Source of the DNA: Lama glama
Taxonomy: Eukaryota
NCBI GenBank assembly: GCA_028534125.1
Contig: CM052832.1
Coordinates: forward strand, 12,402,001 to 12,466,000
Direction of reading: 5' to 3'
Length of the DNA: 64,000 nt
Below the pieces are notes generated by a model. That model ran no database searches. It worked only from the letters and a program-made list of their open reading frames with translations, and was not told the DNA's origin. The position numbers and the translations under genes are program-made. Below are positions 12,496-25,800 of the stretch, piece after piece. Within the stretch, counting starts at the first letter, position 1. Each line of letters opens with the position of its first letter.

Positions 12496-12949
12496 AACAT
12501 AGTTTATCATGTTAGTTTAGAACTCTGGAACACTGGAACCAGAATATTTTTAATGCAGCATGAAGGCATGGCTTAATGAGTGGGAAAAAGACAGGTGTCA
12601 GAGGGAGCTCCAGTGTCCATCGGGACAGGAATATGGAGAAGCAAAAAGGAGAGCAAATGCAATGGCTCAGTGTTAGAAGCATGAGCCTCAAGACGGAATG
12701 CTGAAAGGATGCCTAAAGGCGTTCCAGGGCCAGTCCTAAACATCTGTCGTCCTTAACAGAAATTTGTTGCTTTTCTACAAATTATTACTAACACTAATGT
12801 TTTTTCTTCTCCCCTTTCCAAATTCATGATTATCAAGGTTTTTAAATCACCTATTAAACTGTCTTAGCTAATTTACCTCTTTATCTATGAAATGGCCCTA
12901 AACTATATAAAATTAGATGAATAATCAAGAATATCAAGCGACCTTAAAT

Positions 12950-13050
12950 AACACATTACCTACTTTCCTATTTTTACAGAAGAGGAAATTAATGCACAAA
13001 GTGACTTGCCTAAGGTTATCAAGCTAAAAGTAAAAACAGATTTCTAATCC
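12950..13050 (-). mobile_element. MIR core fragment
   Basis: 'cctatttttacagaagaggaaatt...aagtgacttgcctaaggtta'. Confidence 0.7.
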
Positions 13051-15576
13051 AATGCTGATTTTATATACTAGCATGTGTAACCCCAATCTCAGAAGTTCAC
13101 AAAGGGTGTAATTATGTTTTAAAATAATGTAATCATGTACAAAATTCTTTTTTTTCCAAAATTCTTTACACATATAGAAAATAGTTTTTTAATCTATCCC
13201 AAAAGAACTGTAAAACAGCTAAACATGATCGTGGGTACACCCATAATACCAGTCCTGTCATTCACACTCAAATTCAACTGGTAAAGGAAGGCCTAGCTAT
13301 CAAGTAGCAGATCTCACCAGAAAGGAGCAATAAATTGTATGTTCATATTCCTTTCAGGACTTTGAGACAATCACAAACTATCAGATATTTAAAGCATAGC
13401 CCTATGGGAATATCCATCTTCAAATGTGACCTTGCAATTAAGCATTCACCAGCTATCTTTCATTTCTGCATACAAAGTATTTAGAGAAAAGTTCAGCTAA
13501 ATTAACAGACTAAAACAGAAAAGTTAGAGCTTTTCACAATCTGTCATTACTACATTCCCACTGAAGCTCTAACAAAGGCATGAAAAGACTAACAGCTGCA
13601 GATGAAAGTAAAAGGCATACCACTGAACCTGAATTAATCTAATCAAAATGATGCTATCATATATGAATTTTCAAAACCCAGTTAAAAGTCCTGAACTGAG
13701 GCATTAAACTCCAAGGCAACCTGTATTCTTCTGATGAGTTACCTGGTAGAAATGAAAAAAAAGTAAACATTTTTTTCTCCACAACACTCTCTCCTGAAAT
13801 ATTCTCATTTCATCAGGAAGATCAAAACAAATGATAAGATACAAACTTCAAATTTCAGAAGGTAATATGACTGTAATCTATTGTTATTCTGGTGACTAAT
13901 TACAGTCTGTAATTTATAAGGGTGATAACTACCAGTTATAACATCTGCTCCCTTAAAATGTGTGCAAAACAGAGGTCTCTATGTTGAATGAGAACTATGT
14001 GAATATAGTTGAAAAGAGAAGACCTAATTTGGGCCAGAAATTTCTTGGGGAACCCCTTCCAAAAGCAGCTAACCAAACCTACTTCACAATCAAAATCTGG
14101 ATGGTGGCTATACATTACAGGTTATGGCAGGGTCCTATAAAGAGTTCAGAATACAGTTTTGGCAGGCTCCTGCAGACTGACAGATGTATGAGAGAGATTT
14201 GGAAGATGGCTTCGTCTCTCCTGCTATACATTTTCAGATATCTACACTAAAGACTGCAGGGTGGGAGATAAACACTGACTCTTCTATAACCTGATATCCA
14301 GCAGTGTTCTGGAAGTTATTTTCTCTTGAGGGAGAAAGAGAAGAAATCCACCACCAAAAATGCAGCATATTAGTGTGAAGTGAGGCCGAAAGCATTTATC
14401 CTCCTGTCAAGATGCTATCCAAACCTCATATTTTCTCCCTTTCCACAAAAAAAAGTGCCTGGTATCAGAATTACACACTCTTGAGTGGAAAAGTTTAGGA
14501 ATTTTTTTCTTTAAAGTTAAATTTTATTTAACTATTTATTTGATTACTAGTATATTTATAGGGCTCAAAATTCAAAAGACACAAAAAGGTAAACAAGGAA
14601 AACTCCCTTCTGTTCACATACTCCAATCATTCAGTTATTCCACAGAAGGCAATTCTGGTACTTACTATTTACCAATAACACAGGTATAAGGGAACCAATT
14701 CTATTATAGGATTAAGAGTGCCAGCCTTTGACGAACATGCTTGCAGGTAATAATCCTCAAGGGAATTCTTAATTACACGGCACTAAAAGCTCTGAATCCT
14801 GTATACATAAAGGACTGTTATATATTTAAATATCTAGAAATTCCATTATGATTCTCACAGATCATATCACACTCAGCAGGTCTAAACACATGCCCTTCAA
14901 GTGAACAGTAGTCCTTATGTAACTACTAGACAAAGTTCTCAAGAAACTTGGTACTGTCCTCAAGAAGCTTAAATTTAAGCAAACATCAAACTATCTGTGG
15001 TAGAGGAGAGGCAGAAAGAAAAAGCTAGGGTGAGGGAGAAACAGGAAGAGAGGCAAGGTCTCCCAGTGGCTACACATGTCTGAACAGAGTGGACTCCTCA
15101 TACTCAAAAAGTTCACTGTACACAGAGTGTACAAATTGGCTGAGCTGGAGGGGTAGTGGGTGAAGATAGCTTCTAAGGTAGTTTCCAATTTCTTTTTCAT
15201 TTTTATTTCAAAATCCCATTGCTTGCTAATGGTTTAGCCCCAAAACTATGACATAAAATTCTTTCTGATTAAAAAAAGTCCCTGATTTTGTGAATATCTA
15301 GGATTTTCTAAATATAAAACTAAGCCTGAACAGATAACCCTTAAATACAGCTTCCAATTTCTTTGTATCTAACTGATAAGCTAATTATAAGTCCTGTTAT
15401 CATTTATGTCAGTCTCAAGGCCTCTCTATACATTTTAAGGCTAGTCTTAGTTGCTATTTTAAGCAACTTATTTCCTCTAATAATCCTAGTTTTGGAGCAC
15501 CTGTTAATGAGATGAGGCAAAGGCTATGTAAAAAGTACTTAATTGAAACTCTGGTTTTTAGAAAGGTCCCCTAAAT

Positions 15577-15760
15577 CAGTATCTATTTCTGCTATGCATG
15601 TGAATCATGGGGTGGGTTGGGGAGAATCTTATTAAAATGAAAATGCAGATTCTGATTTTCCAATTCAGCAGATTTGGGGTTGGCCTGAGAGTCTGGATTT
15701 CCAGAAGCTCTCAAGAATGCTAATGCAGACTGTCCCTAGGTTATACTTTGGAGTAGCAAG
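15577..15760. mobile_element. MER5-family MITE
   Basis: 'cttattaaaatgaaaatgcagattctga...cagcagatttgggg...tatactttggagtagcaag'. Confidence 0.7.
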
Positions 15761-16390
15761 TCCCTAAATTATTCATCAATATTTCAAGGTATCCACCCCA
15801 CAATCTCACAAGAACTGTATTTGTGAATAACTCATTATGGCAATGTACACCACCCACCTTTATGAGGACCTAGTAAAGTGATTTGGGTTGCTTTCTTGTG
15901 TTCAAATTTCCTATAAGCCTCTCTAGTTGATAAGCCCCCAAATTAACTATTCTGCAGTAGTGCTTGCCATTAGGCAAGAACTTTGAACTGCCATAGACTA
16001 ATATCATAATTTTTAATTTTAAACTGTTATGTATATTTACTGTTCAAGTAATTACTAAATCCTGGGCCAAGGACCAGGTGATGACATTTTTCACAATTAA
16101 ATAACAGTAAGGCCATATCAGTTTTTCAAAAGCTAAATATATTCTACTTTGTACCTATTATGTTTGTTATAATTTATATTTTACTCTATGTTGGTGATTT
16201 CTTTTTAAATGTCCAAATAAAATAAAAGATGGCAATCTTATGTTGGTCGCTTTCCCTCCTCTCTTTGTAATTTTTTTTAAACAACTTAACACAAAACATG
16301 ATCCAAAGTCTGAGAACCAACAAATTCAAATAACTTCTCCATACCTGTCCTTCCTTCCTCTGAGAACTGGGAGTGCTAGACTCTCAACAG

Positions 16391-16425
16391 GTGTGTGTGT
16401 GTGTGTGTCTGTGTGTGTGTCTGTG

Positions 16426-16456
<31 letters not shown>

Positions 16457-16457
16457 G
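16391..16457. repeat. Compound microsatellite (GT)n/(GTCT)n/(CT)n
   Basis: Directly visible. Confidence 0.95.
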
Positions 16458-18085
16458 CAGGAGCAAAAAGAACCAGAACCACCTGTCTCATTTTTTAATC
16501 CAACCCTCCAATCCCCAGGTTGTGACTTTATTTACTATCGGAACTGTGCTGACTCTCTCAGGAGATTCTGGGTTTGGGGTAGGGGACAGAGTGTTAAGAT
16601 ATTACCATGTGAGGCAATTCCTAAAAGTCCTTGGAATTTGACAGCTTACAATTTCAAGGAATCTCCACCTTTTGTTCCTGCCTCCTGTGAATAACCCAGA
16701 GCTGATAAAAACCATCAGTCAAAAAAAAATCTCATCCTCTGCTCTGTAGGCTAAGCACATATCAGTATTATGCAGAATTCTGTTTTCTCCTAAGAAGAGG
16801 AACGTGTATGAGTTTTGTACCCTGTGTTATTCATAAAGAAGCTATGTTTAAGCTGGGTGCAGGTAGGTTATTTTGCATTAAAAACACTGCAGAGTACCTG
16901 AAGAAAGTCAAATTTATATTTAATTTGGAAAAGACAGCCTTTTAATTAGGCAAATTTTACAGTCTGGTATAAAAAAGAAACAATTAGAATTATTTAGTGT
17001 GAAATAAAATTAGTGTGAAATTTCTCACCATCCCACATTCTATTACATTAAATGTAGAGACACACAACAGCTGGTCAATTTAACTTACATCTTCTGTTAG
17101 TGAACATTACCTCAGGCCCATTAAACTCAACTTTCTCCCCAAACTCCTTCCCGCACAAAAGACTATATATAAATTGTATACTGTGTGTCATACTGGGAAG
17201 ATGATGACTTTCTCTGATGTATGATGTATGATGAAATGTCCCAACAGGAAACTGAAGCAAAAGTAACCGATATTATGTATGTTCAATGCGAGCCTCAGAC
17301 AACATGCAGGGGAAGAGTTGCTGAATCGGCTGGCTCTGCCTTCTGAGTTCATTTAGCACACCATAAGAAGACTCTTTTGGTTCAATGATTTGTGATTACC
17401 TAATTAGTAACTTTAAAAGGATTTCAAAGGATCAGAATTACAAGCTTAATAAACCTGCCGAATGCCCATATATGTGCTCATGTCCCCTGGATTGTACATT
17501 CAGTTTAGTATAGACTGATAACATCCAAGTAGTCTACTTTACCTCATACATAACAAAGAATTATAAAACCCAAAGAAATATTCTCAATCCTTATCCTGTT
17601 ATAGAACCTGATCAAATTAAGATTTTTCAGCTGTCATACTCTCCTCTTGGCAAGTCACACGTTATTAACTATGCAGAATGTAATAACTGCATAACAATTT
17701 AAAAGATTTTTTAAAATCCTTCATGATATGAAAAGTGATTATTTGATTTAATGCGCTCAGATTCTTGTATAACACTATAGAAATGAAAGCTTTTTGTCAT
17801 AATTGGCAAAGGAAGAAAAACTACTGATTGTAATGGTGTTTTGAGAAAGGTACCTTCTGTCAATACTATTTTCTACTTCTTAACAATAAACAATTTCACC
17901 ACATATGCTAAAAATATACATGATTGTGACTAATTTAGAATCAAGTTAAAAAACTCACAGTTCTTACTGGATTCTATACATAACAATAAAATGGCCCTGG
18001 ACTTAAGAAACTTCCACCATCAGAGAGCAGAATACCAAAGAGGATCAGATTTAATAAAACTGGGTTGCCTGTTACAATATAGAAC

Positions 18086-18426
18086 CAGTAGTACCCCCTT
18101 GTCCATGGTGTCACTTTCCACAATTTCAGTTACCTGTGGTCAACTCAAGTTCGACAATACTACATGGAAAATTCCAGAAATAAACAATTCATAAGTTTTA
18201 AATTGCACATCATTCTGAGTATAGCATGATGAAATCTCATGCTGTTCCATACTGCTCTACCCAGGACATGAATCATCCTTTTGTCCAGTATATCCACGCT
18301 ATATACACTACTTGTCCCTCAGTACAGGAAAAAAACACCATATACATAGAGTTCAGTACTACCTGCCATTTCAGGAACCCATTGGAGGTCTTAAATACAT
18401 CCTCCATATATACGGGGAGACCACTG
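18086..18426 (+). mobile_element. MER44 (Tigger7-derived TcMar MITE), internally deleted
   Basis: Terminal inverted repeats 'cagtagtaccccctt' and 'ggggagaccactg'. Internal 'ggaaaattccagaaataaacaattcataagttttaaattgc'. Confidence 0.85.
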
Positions 18427-18644
18427 TGCAGTTTGACTTCAGTGACTTAGTTATAATTATCCTACCAGAAATCCATCTGAAATATTTGTACCTAAAAAAG
18501 AAATAAGGGTACAAAACCAGTTTTTACCCCCTTCCTTTCCTTTTCCTCTCTCTTTCTTCCATTTCATCTCTCTCTCTCAAGAGAAAAATCATGAGAAGTA
18601 TATAACAACTAATTTTAAGTCTAAAGGAAAAAATCAGAATCAAA

Positions 18645-18760
18645 TATGGTGTGTAGAAAAAGAGTAACTGGATTGCTCAGGAAACATAAGGCACAGTCCT
18701 GGATCTACAACTTACTAGTTATGTGAGACAGACCTAAGTTCCACTAATTATGAAAAGTCT
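18645..18760 (+). mobile_element. MIR fragment
   Basis: 'agtcctggatctacaacttactagttatgtgag'. Confidence 0.55.
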
Positions 18761-18894
18761 ATAGAAAATAGTTTCATAAATAATTTGAAATTATTGAAAT
18801 GTTTCCCTTCCCAATCAGAAAATAGACTTGTACCATGGCCATGTATTCCTTAAATGCTATTTTCAAGATGCTTTGATATACATACTTTTTACTC

Positions 18895-19050
18895 ACAAGA
18901 ATTCTACAATACATAAGGAATAAGTAGTATTAGCACTCTATAAATAAGTAAACTCTCTCCGAGTGATTAAATGACTTGCTCAAGATTCCAAAACTGAGAG
19001 AAGGACAGACACTTGTCAATCTTGTTTGAGTGCTTTCTACTACACTGCAC
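18895..19050 (-). mobile_element. MIR fragment
   Basis: 'gattaaatgacttgctcaagatt...gagtgctttctactacactgcact'. Confidence 0.6.
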
Positions 19051-21326
19051 TACTCTGATCTAAAAGTTTGGTGCTATTAAAAGTACACTTTTGGCAATCA
19101 ACTTTAGTTCTTATTGGCAATGTAATAATACATACCTATACTCATTTTATATATTGGCACTAAAAAGAAATTAAGGTTTGATTGCAAGGATTTTTTCCTT
19201 AGGAGCCATTTGTCAATGTCTGCCATCTTTTGGCTAAGATATTAAATCCCATCTTTGAGGCTTCAGTACTCTTTAAAAAAAAAGCTTAGACAGATCTGTC
19301 CAGTGAGAGCAGATATATAGAATATGTCCGTAACAGACCTCAAAATAAAACTACCCTATGTAGAGCTGCTGGGATTTGAAATGGCACTAAAGTAATTTAT
19401 CAAAGATTCTCTGCAAATGTGCTGAGCAGACTCTCATTTTCAATATTGCTCATATAAAAATTTCAAAGCCACTGCTCTTTTAGAAGCTGATTATCACCCT
19501 GAAGATTGTCCATCTTTTCTTGTTATAGGTTGAACATTTCACTAACCACATATACTTCCACTAATTTGTGATGCCAAGAAAATTACCAACTTTTAGAATT
19601 AGAAGGGATCGTAATGATTTTCTAGTTCAAGACTTGTATGTATGTTATAGGCTTTTCCAAAGCCCTGGCTGATACTGACTGAGTCTCCAAAGAGCTGGTT
19701 TCTTTTCCAGTTTGATGCACCTTTACCACATGATGCTGATCTTTTTACATCTAGACATTTAACGAAAGGGATGAAAATTTTAACTTTAAATGGTTAAAAA
19801 TAAAGGTTGAGAGTATCTCTGGGTCTTGTATTTCCATATCATTCCTATTCCACAATAATATCATGTGTTGGGCTAAAATGTCACATTTGAAGGTTATGAA
19901 TTTATATGTTGCACACTCAAATATTTAAAATTTAGAAAATATAGGACCACAGGTGCAAATGAAAAATCTAAATGCATTTAGTATCGATCACTTTATCTGA
20001 ATGAACAGCTATCTACCTATTCTTGTTAAAAACAGTATGTTGCCTTTATCAGGGCACTATTGTCCTAAAGTGGAAAGGATGGAGGGAAGGAGGGAAAGAA
20101 GCCCCACAGAAAAAGAACAACCATCACATCTCCAAAGCAAGCAATACAGCAATACACTAATGGGTTGGAAATCAGATTCCTCCTTTGCCAAGATTCTACC
20201 AAATATCTACTATCAGAAACCAACTTCATGGTAACACAAAAGCTTTCTACGACCACAAGATCCCAAACTGAATACAACTAAGTTCTAGGATATTAATTTG
20301 AAGCTCCTACCATAGCCTCTCCTCATCTTCTACACCCAACTCCATGTTACAAAATTTTTTAAATATAGTATTCAAAATATTATCCAAAGCACCATACTGT
20401 TAAATCTAGAAAGCTGGCCCCAGGAAACTGAACAAAGAGTCTTGGTCATCCTTTGGCCTCATATGAAATATAACAAAATTAAATAGGAAAGCTGAGAGAA
20501 AGAAAAGGGGAGTTGCCACTCAATATTAGAGCCCTAAGAAAAAATAAATTAGAATGTTTTCATTCAGAACACAGAAGATAATGGCCAGGTATAGAGAACC
20601 ACAGTAATAAACAGTGACTGAGGGGTACCCCAAAGGCAGAAGGAAAAGAGATACAAACAGGAACCTTGAGATTCTGCATGGCTTTTAACACTATAAGTTC
20701 ATTTACTTAAATTTCATTAATCCCCATTTACGAGCAAATACAACATAAAAGATGTTTTAATAATTATAAATTTAAATTAAGTTAAAATATAATTCAGATC
20801 AGAACGAGACTCTAAGCTTCCCAAGGGTATCATCTTTGTAGTCATAATGTCTTCACAGAGACTGGCAAGTGTTTATTGCTGAACCAAGCCTAATTTACAG
20901 ATAGAGGCTTATATAACACAGAGACACATAGTACTGTATTTGGGGTTTTTTTTTTAATCACATCTTTCTGAGTATTCTATAATTCAGACTCTATTAAATT
21001 GGACAAAATTTCTGGGGTTTCCTTTATTTAAAATGTTCACATTTGATTGCATTTTAGGTGGTAAAAATATATATCCATCTGGCAATACAATAAATTAGCT
21101 CAATTTTTCTCTGTCTGCTAATTAGAGACCAAAGATCTTAGTCATAAAAGAAAAAAGGAGTACTTTTTACTGAACAACTACTATTTATCCCTTGCTAGGC
21201 ACCGGGTCAGATAGTCAAGCATCTCACCTTCAAGGATAATAAAATCTAGTTAATCAGGCAAATACAACTAAGATATTTCCTTTCGATCGCGAGCAATTTG
21301 ATCTTGAAATTAGTCTTGTTTTCACT

Positions 21327-21353
21327 TTGTCAACATTGTCAACATTGTCAACA
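21327..21353. repeat. Tandem repeat (TTGTCAACA)x3
   Basis: Three exact 9-bp units. Confidence 0.95.
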
Positions 21354-22894
21354 AAGAGAAACATCAGAAACCCTGCAGAATTTTAGCCACTTTAAATCAA
21401 ATCCAAACCAACGATTCAAAGCTGACAGATACTGAGTTCTAAAATTTCAATGAGTTCGGGAACTATTCTTACCTATATTTCAAATAATGAGAAAACTAAA
21501 ACATCAACAATAACCAAAGAATCAAGCATAAAAGTCACATGAGTCTTAAACTCTGCATTCACTTAATAGAGCAATATTTAGACTAAAAGAAAAGGGTTGA
21601 GAAGAACTCAGGCCAACAGCCACAACTCACTTCCTTTCTGTGCAACTAATTTTTATTCCCAGGGACAAAGAAATTACCTTTATTTTTATTCCCCTGACCT
21701 TCTCTACAGAGCTTGTTGGGAGCTATGGTAATGTGCAAATATATGTTCATCCATGTTCTGAAAAAGGTTTTCCAAAACTGGATAAATGAGACATCTCATT
21801 ACACCAACTACACCATACAAATTTAGAATACTGATCTGTGACCATGGGGTGAATTAATGGCTGAAAAAGAACAAGCGTTAATAATAAGACTGAAATTTTA
21901 TTGCATAAAAAGTAATGCTACATTCTCTAAAATCTGGAGCTCTGAACATCCGGCCAAAAGCCCACTAAAGATAAGATTCTAATATAGTTTGTGTTGCTCT
22001 GTGGAATGATCCCAGGCACACAAAATAAATTGAGTGGGAAAGAATATTAGGATGGAGATCATTTATAACAAAACAGGGACTATCTCACAAGGTTCATATG
22101 CATCAGCCCTTTAGTTCTCCAACCTCACCAGAGTTTCAATGTAACTTCTAGAAGGTCAGACACCTTGGACTTGTAAGGAGGGAAACTGTGTACCAGTTTC
22201 AGAAATAACTGAATAAACATTTTTTCTAGGAGATTAAGGTTATTATTCAACTTGAAAGTTGGTATCATCCACTCCAGGTCAAACGTAAGCAGAGTGAATA
22301 AAGATAAATCAGAATGCTTTCCACATGAAGGCTCAAAGTTTATTTTGGAGATTAAAAATTCTTCCCTGCAAAAGGATATACAGGCACTCTTGTATTTCTA
22401 AATTACCCTGCTTTCTCCAACTTGTTCTACTTTGAACGTAATTAGATCAAACTCTGAGCTTTATCAGTGCAGCAGAGCTAAAAGTTTATTTTAGACATTT
22501 TTTTAAATGTCTGAATTTTTTCATTTGTGAGTACTCACTGATATATAAAAAGAAAAGAATTATTAAGTAAAGTAAAAGGTAAACAAAAGATTCAGAGTCA
22601 GGATGTATGTATGGGCTTTTCACTCTTTCATAAAGTTGTCTGACGGGAATGGGGGAACCTGTTTCTATTTCTCCATTTCAGGACTGGATGAAAAGTTTAT
22701 AATTAACAAAAGCGGACTGGGTCTTTCCAAGTGATAAACATGAAAATCAAGATAGGTCTCATATTGGAACCTCTACGTTCATCATAGGGAGCTTTATGGT
22801 TTGCTATCTTAATTTGCTTTCATTTAAAAATTTTATTTTAATTCCATCAGGGATATAAGTATAAGCAATTCTAGCTGTGTGCTACTCAGAAGTA

Positions 22895-25800
22895 TTTTTT
22901 CTTAATAATACATTTTATTTTTAGAACAGTTTCAGATTTATAGAAAAGTTGCTAGGATGGGATAGAGAGTTCCTATATACATGGAACCCAATCTCCCCTA
23001 ACATGAACATCATACACTAGTGTATGGTATGTTTGTTAAAATTAATGAACCAATATTGATATACTGTTTTTTTTCTGCTCTGTTACATTCATTCATTTTA
23101 ATTTTTAGGTTCTACCTATAAGAGATAACATGCAATATTTGTCTTTCTCTGACTTATTTCACTAAGCATTCTACCCTCCAGGTCCATTCATGTTGTTACC
23201 AACGGCAAATTTTCATTCTTTTTTATGGCAGAGTAGTATTCCATCATATATATGTATATCACATCTTCTGTATCCATTTGTAGTTGACAGACACTTAGAC
23301 TGCTTCCACATCTTGGCTATTGTAAATCATGCTGCTATAAACACTGGGGTGCATGTATCTTTTTGAATTAATGTTTTTGTTTTCTTCAATATATTCCCAG
23401 GAGGGGAACTGCTGGGTCATGTAGTAGTTCTACTCTTAGGTTTTGTTTTGTTTTTTGTTTGAGGAACCTCCATGCTGTTTTTCACAATGGCAATACCAAT
23501 TTACATTCCCATCAACAGTTTACAAAAGTTCCCCTTTATCCACATCCTTGCCAGCTTTTGATGATAGCCATTCTGACAGGTGTGAGGTGACATCTCATTT
23601 TGGTTTTGATTTGCATTTCTCTGATGATTACGGATGTTGAGCACCTTTTCTTATGCCTGTTGATCATCTGTCTTCATCACGTTTATTCAAGTCTTCTGCC
23701 CATATTTTAATCAAGTTGTTCAGGGATTTTTTGATATTGAGTTGTCTGAGCTGTTTATATACATTGGATCTCAATCCTTTATCAGTTGTATCATTTACAA
23801 ATATTTTCCCCCATTCATTAGGATGTCTTTTTTTTTTGTTTGCCAATGGTTTCCTTTGCTGTACAAAAGCTATTAAATTTAATTAGGTTCCATTTGTTTT
23901 TGTTTGTTTGTTTCCTTTACCTTAGAAGACATTAAAAAAAAATATTGCTACAATTCAAATAAAGAGTGTTCTGCCAATGTTTTCTTCTAGGAGTTTTATG
24001 GTTTCCAGTATTATTTAGGTCTTTAATCCATCCTGAATTTATTTTTGTTTATGATGTGAGAAAATGTTCTAATTTCATTCTTTTACATGTAGCTGTCTAG
24101 TTTTCCCAGCACCACTTATTGAAGAGACTGCCTTTTCTCCATTGTATATTCTTGCCTCCTTTATCATAGATGGACCACAAATGTGTGGGTTTTTATCTGG
24201 GTTCTTTATTCTGTTCCACTGATCTGTGTGTCTGTTGTTGTGCAAGTACTATACTGTTCTGATTACTATTTGTAGTATAGTCTGAAGTCAGGGATTATGA
24301 CATCTCCAGCTCTGTTCTTTCTCAAGATTGCTTTGGCTATTCAAGGTCTTTTGCATTCCCATACAAAATTTTAAGTTTTTTGTTCTGTGAAAAATGGCAT
24401 TAGTACTTTGATAGGGACTGAATTTTTTAATCTGTAGATTACTTTGTGTAGTATGGTCATTTTAACAATACTAATTCTTCCAATCTGTGAACATGGATAT
24501 CTTTCTACATGTTTGTATCATCTTCAAGTTTTTTCATCAATGCCTTCTAGTCTTTTAAGTAAAGGTCTTTTATACCACCTTAGAAGGTATTTTATTCTTT
24601 TTCACACACCTGTAAATCAGATTGTTTCTTTAATTTCTGTTTCTGACAATTTGTTATTAGCATGTAGAAATATAACCAATCCCTGTATACTAATTTTGTA
24701 TCCCACAACTTGACCAAATTCATTGATGAGGTCTAATAATTTTTGGTGGCAAAAATTTAACATTTTCTATGTATAGTACATTATTTATATACTATTAACT
24801 TCATTAAATATGAAGTCCACACTTCATTCATATTTCCTTAGTTTTCAGTAATTCCTTTTTCTGCTCCAGGTTCCCATCCAGGATATCACATTACATTTAG
24901 TCATCATGTCTCTTTAGGTCTCTCTTAACTCTGACAGTTTCTCTGACTTTCTTTGTTTTCATAACCTTGAGAGTTGAAAAGTACTGATCAGGTATTCTAT
25001 AAAACATCCATCAATTTGGGTTTATCTCAAGACTCTCTTGGTTAGGCTGGGTTTATGAGATTGGGGGTTGAAGACCACAGAGGAAGAATACCATCCTTAT
25101 CACATCATATCAAGGGTGCATGCTATCAACACGAATTATCATGTTGCGGTTAATCCTGATCACCCTGCTGATGTGGTATTTGTCAGGTTTCTCTATTTTA
25201 AAGTTATTCTTTCTCCCCCTCTTTCCATATTGTACTCTTTGGGGAAAAGTCACTGCTCACAGCCCACACCTAAGGGGTGGAAACTTAGACCCCACCCTGT
25301 CCTTTAAGGAAGAGTATCTACATAAATAATTTGCAATTCTTCTGCACAGAAAGTTTGTCTCTTCTCCCACTTTTATTTACTTAACCAACCACTAATTATA
25401 TTAGTATGGACTCATGTATGTTTAATACCTTAGGTTATAACCCATTACTGCTTTATTTATTTTGTTGCTCAAATTGTTCCAATTTTGGCTAATGCTAATG
25501 GCTCTTTCAGTTGGCTCTTCTGTCTCTTTGACATGCTCCCGTTGTTGTTGTTGTTGTTGTTTTCTTTAAGCACCTGCTTTATTTTCTGGCATTACAGTAT
25601 GATCCATGCTCATCTTCTATATTTTCTGCTCCAGCCTTAGAACTGGCTGTTTCTCCAAGAGCCCTGGTTCCTTTTATTGGAGAATGATAGTATAAACCAA
25701 GATCTGGATGCTGGGGATGCTCCTTGCTAATTGGGTATCACTGCTTCTAGGCCTTCTCAGCTGACAGAGCAAGGAAATATATGTATGTAAACTAACTTGT

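Noticed and set aside
13725..13760. CTGATGAG...GAAA resembling a hammerhead ribozyme core
   Set aside because: Stem II lacks the closing G-C pair before GAAA, and stems I and III cannot be formed; unlike the HH9/HH10 intronic hammerheads
16240..16694. ORFs of 133 and 99 aa
   Set aside because: Kept open by the microsatellite; no recognisable domain
16892..16920. Acceptor TTTGACTTTCTTCAG followed by GT
   Set aside because: GTACTC is a poor donor, and no convincing exon follows
23664..23846. Protein-like ORF
   Set aside because: Fragment of L1 ORF2, not a host gene; the same applies to 52912-53124, 59408-59620 and 63024-63422
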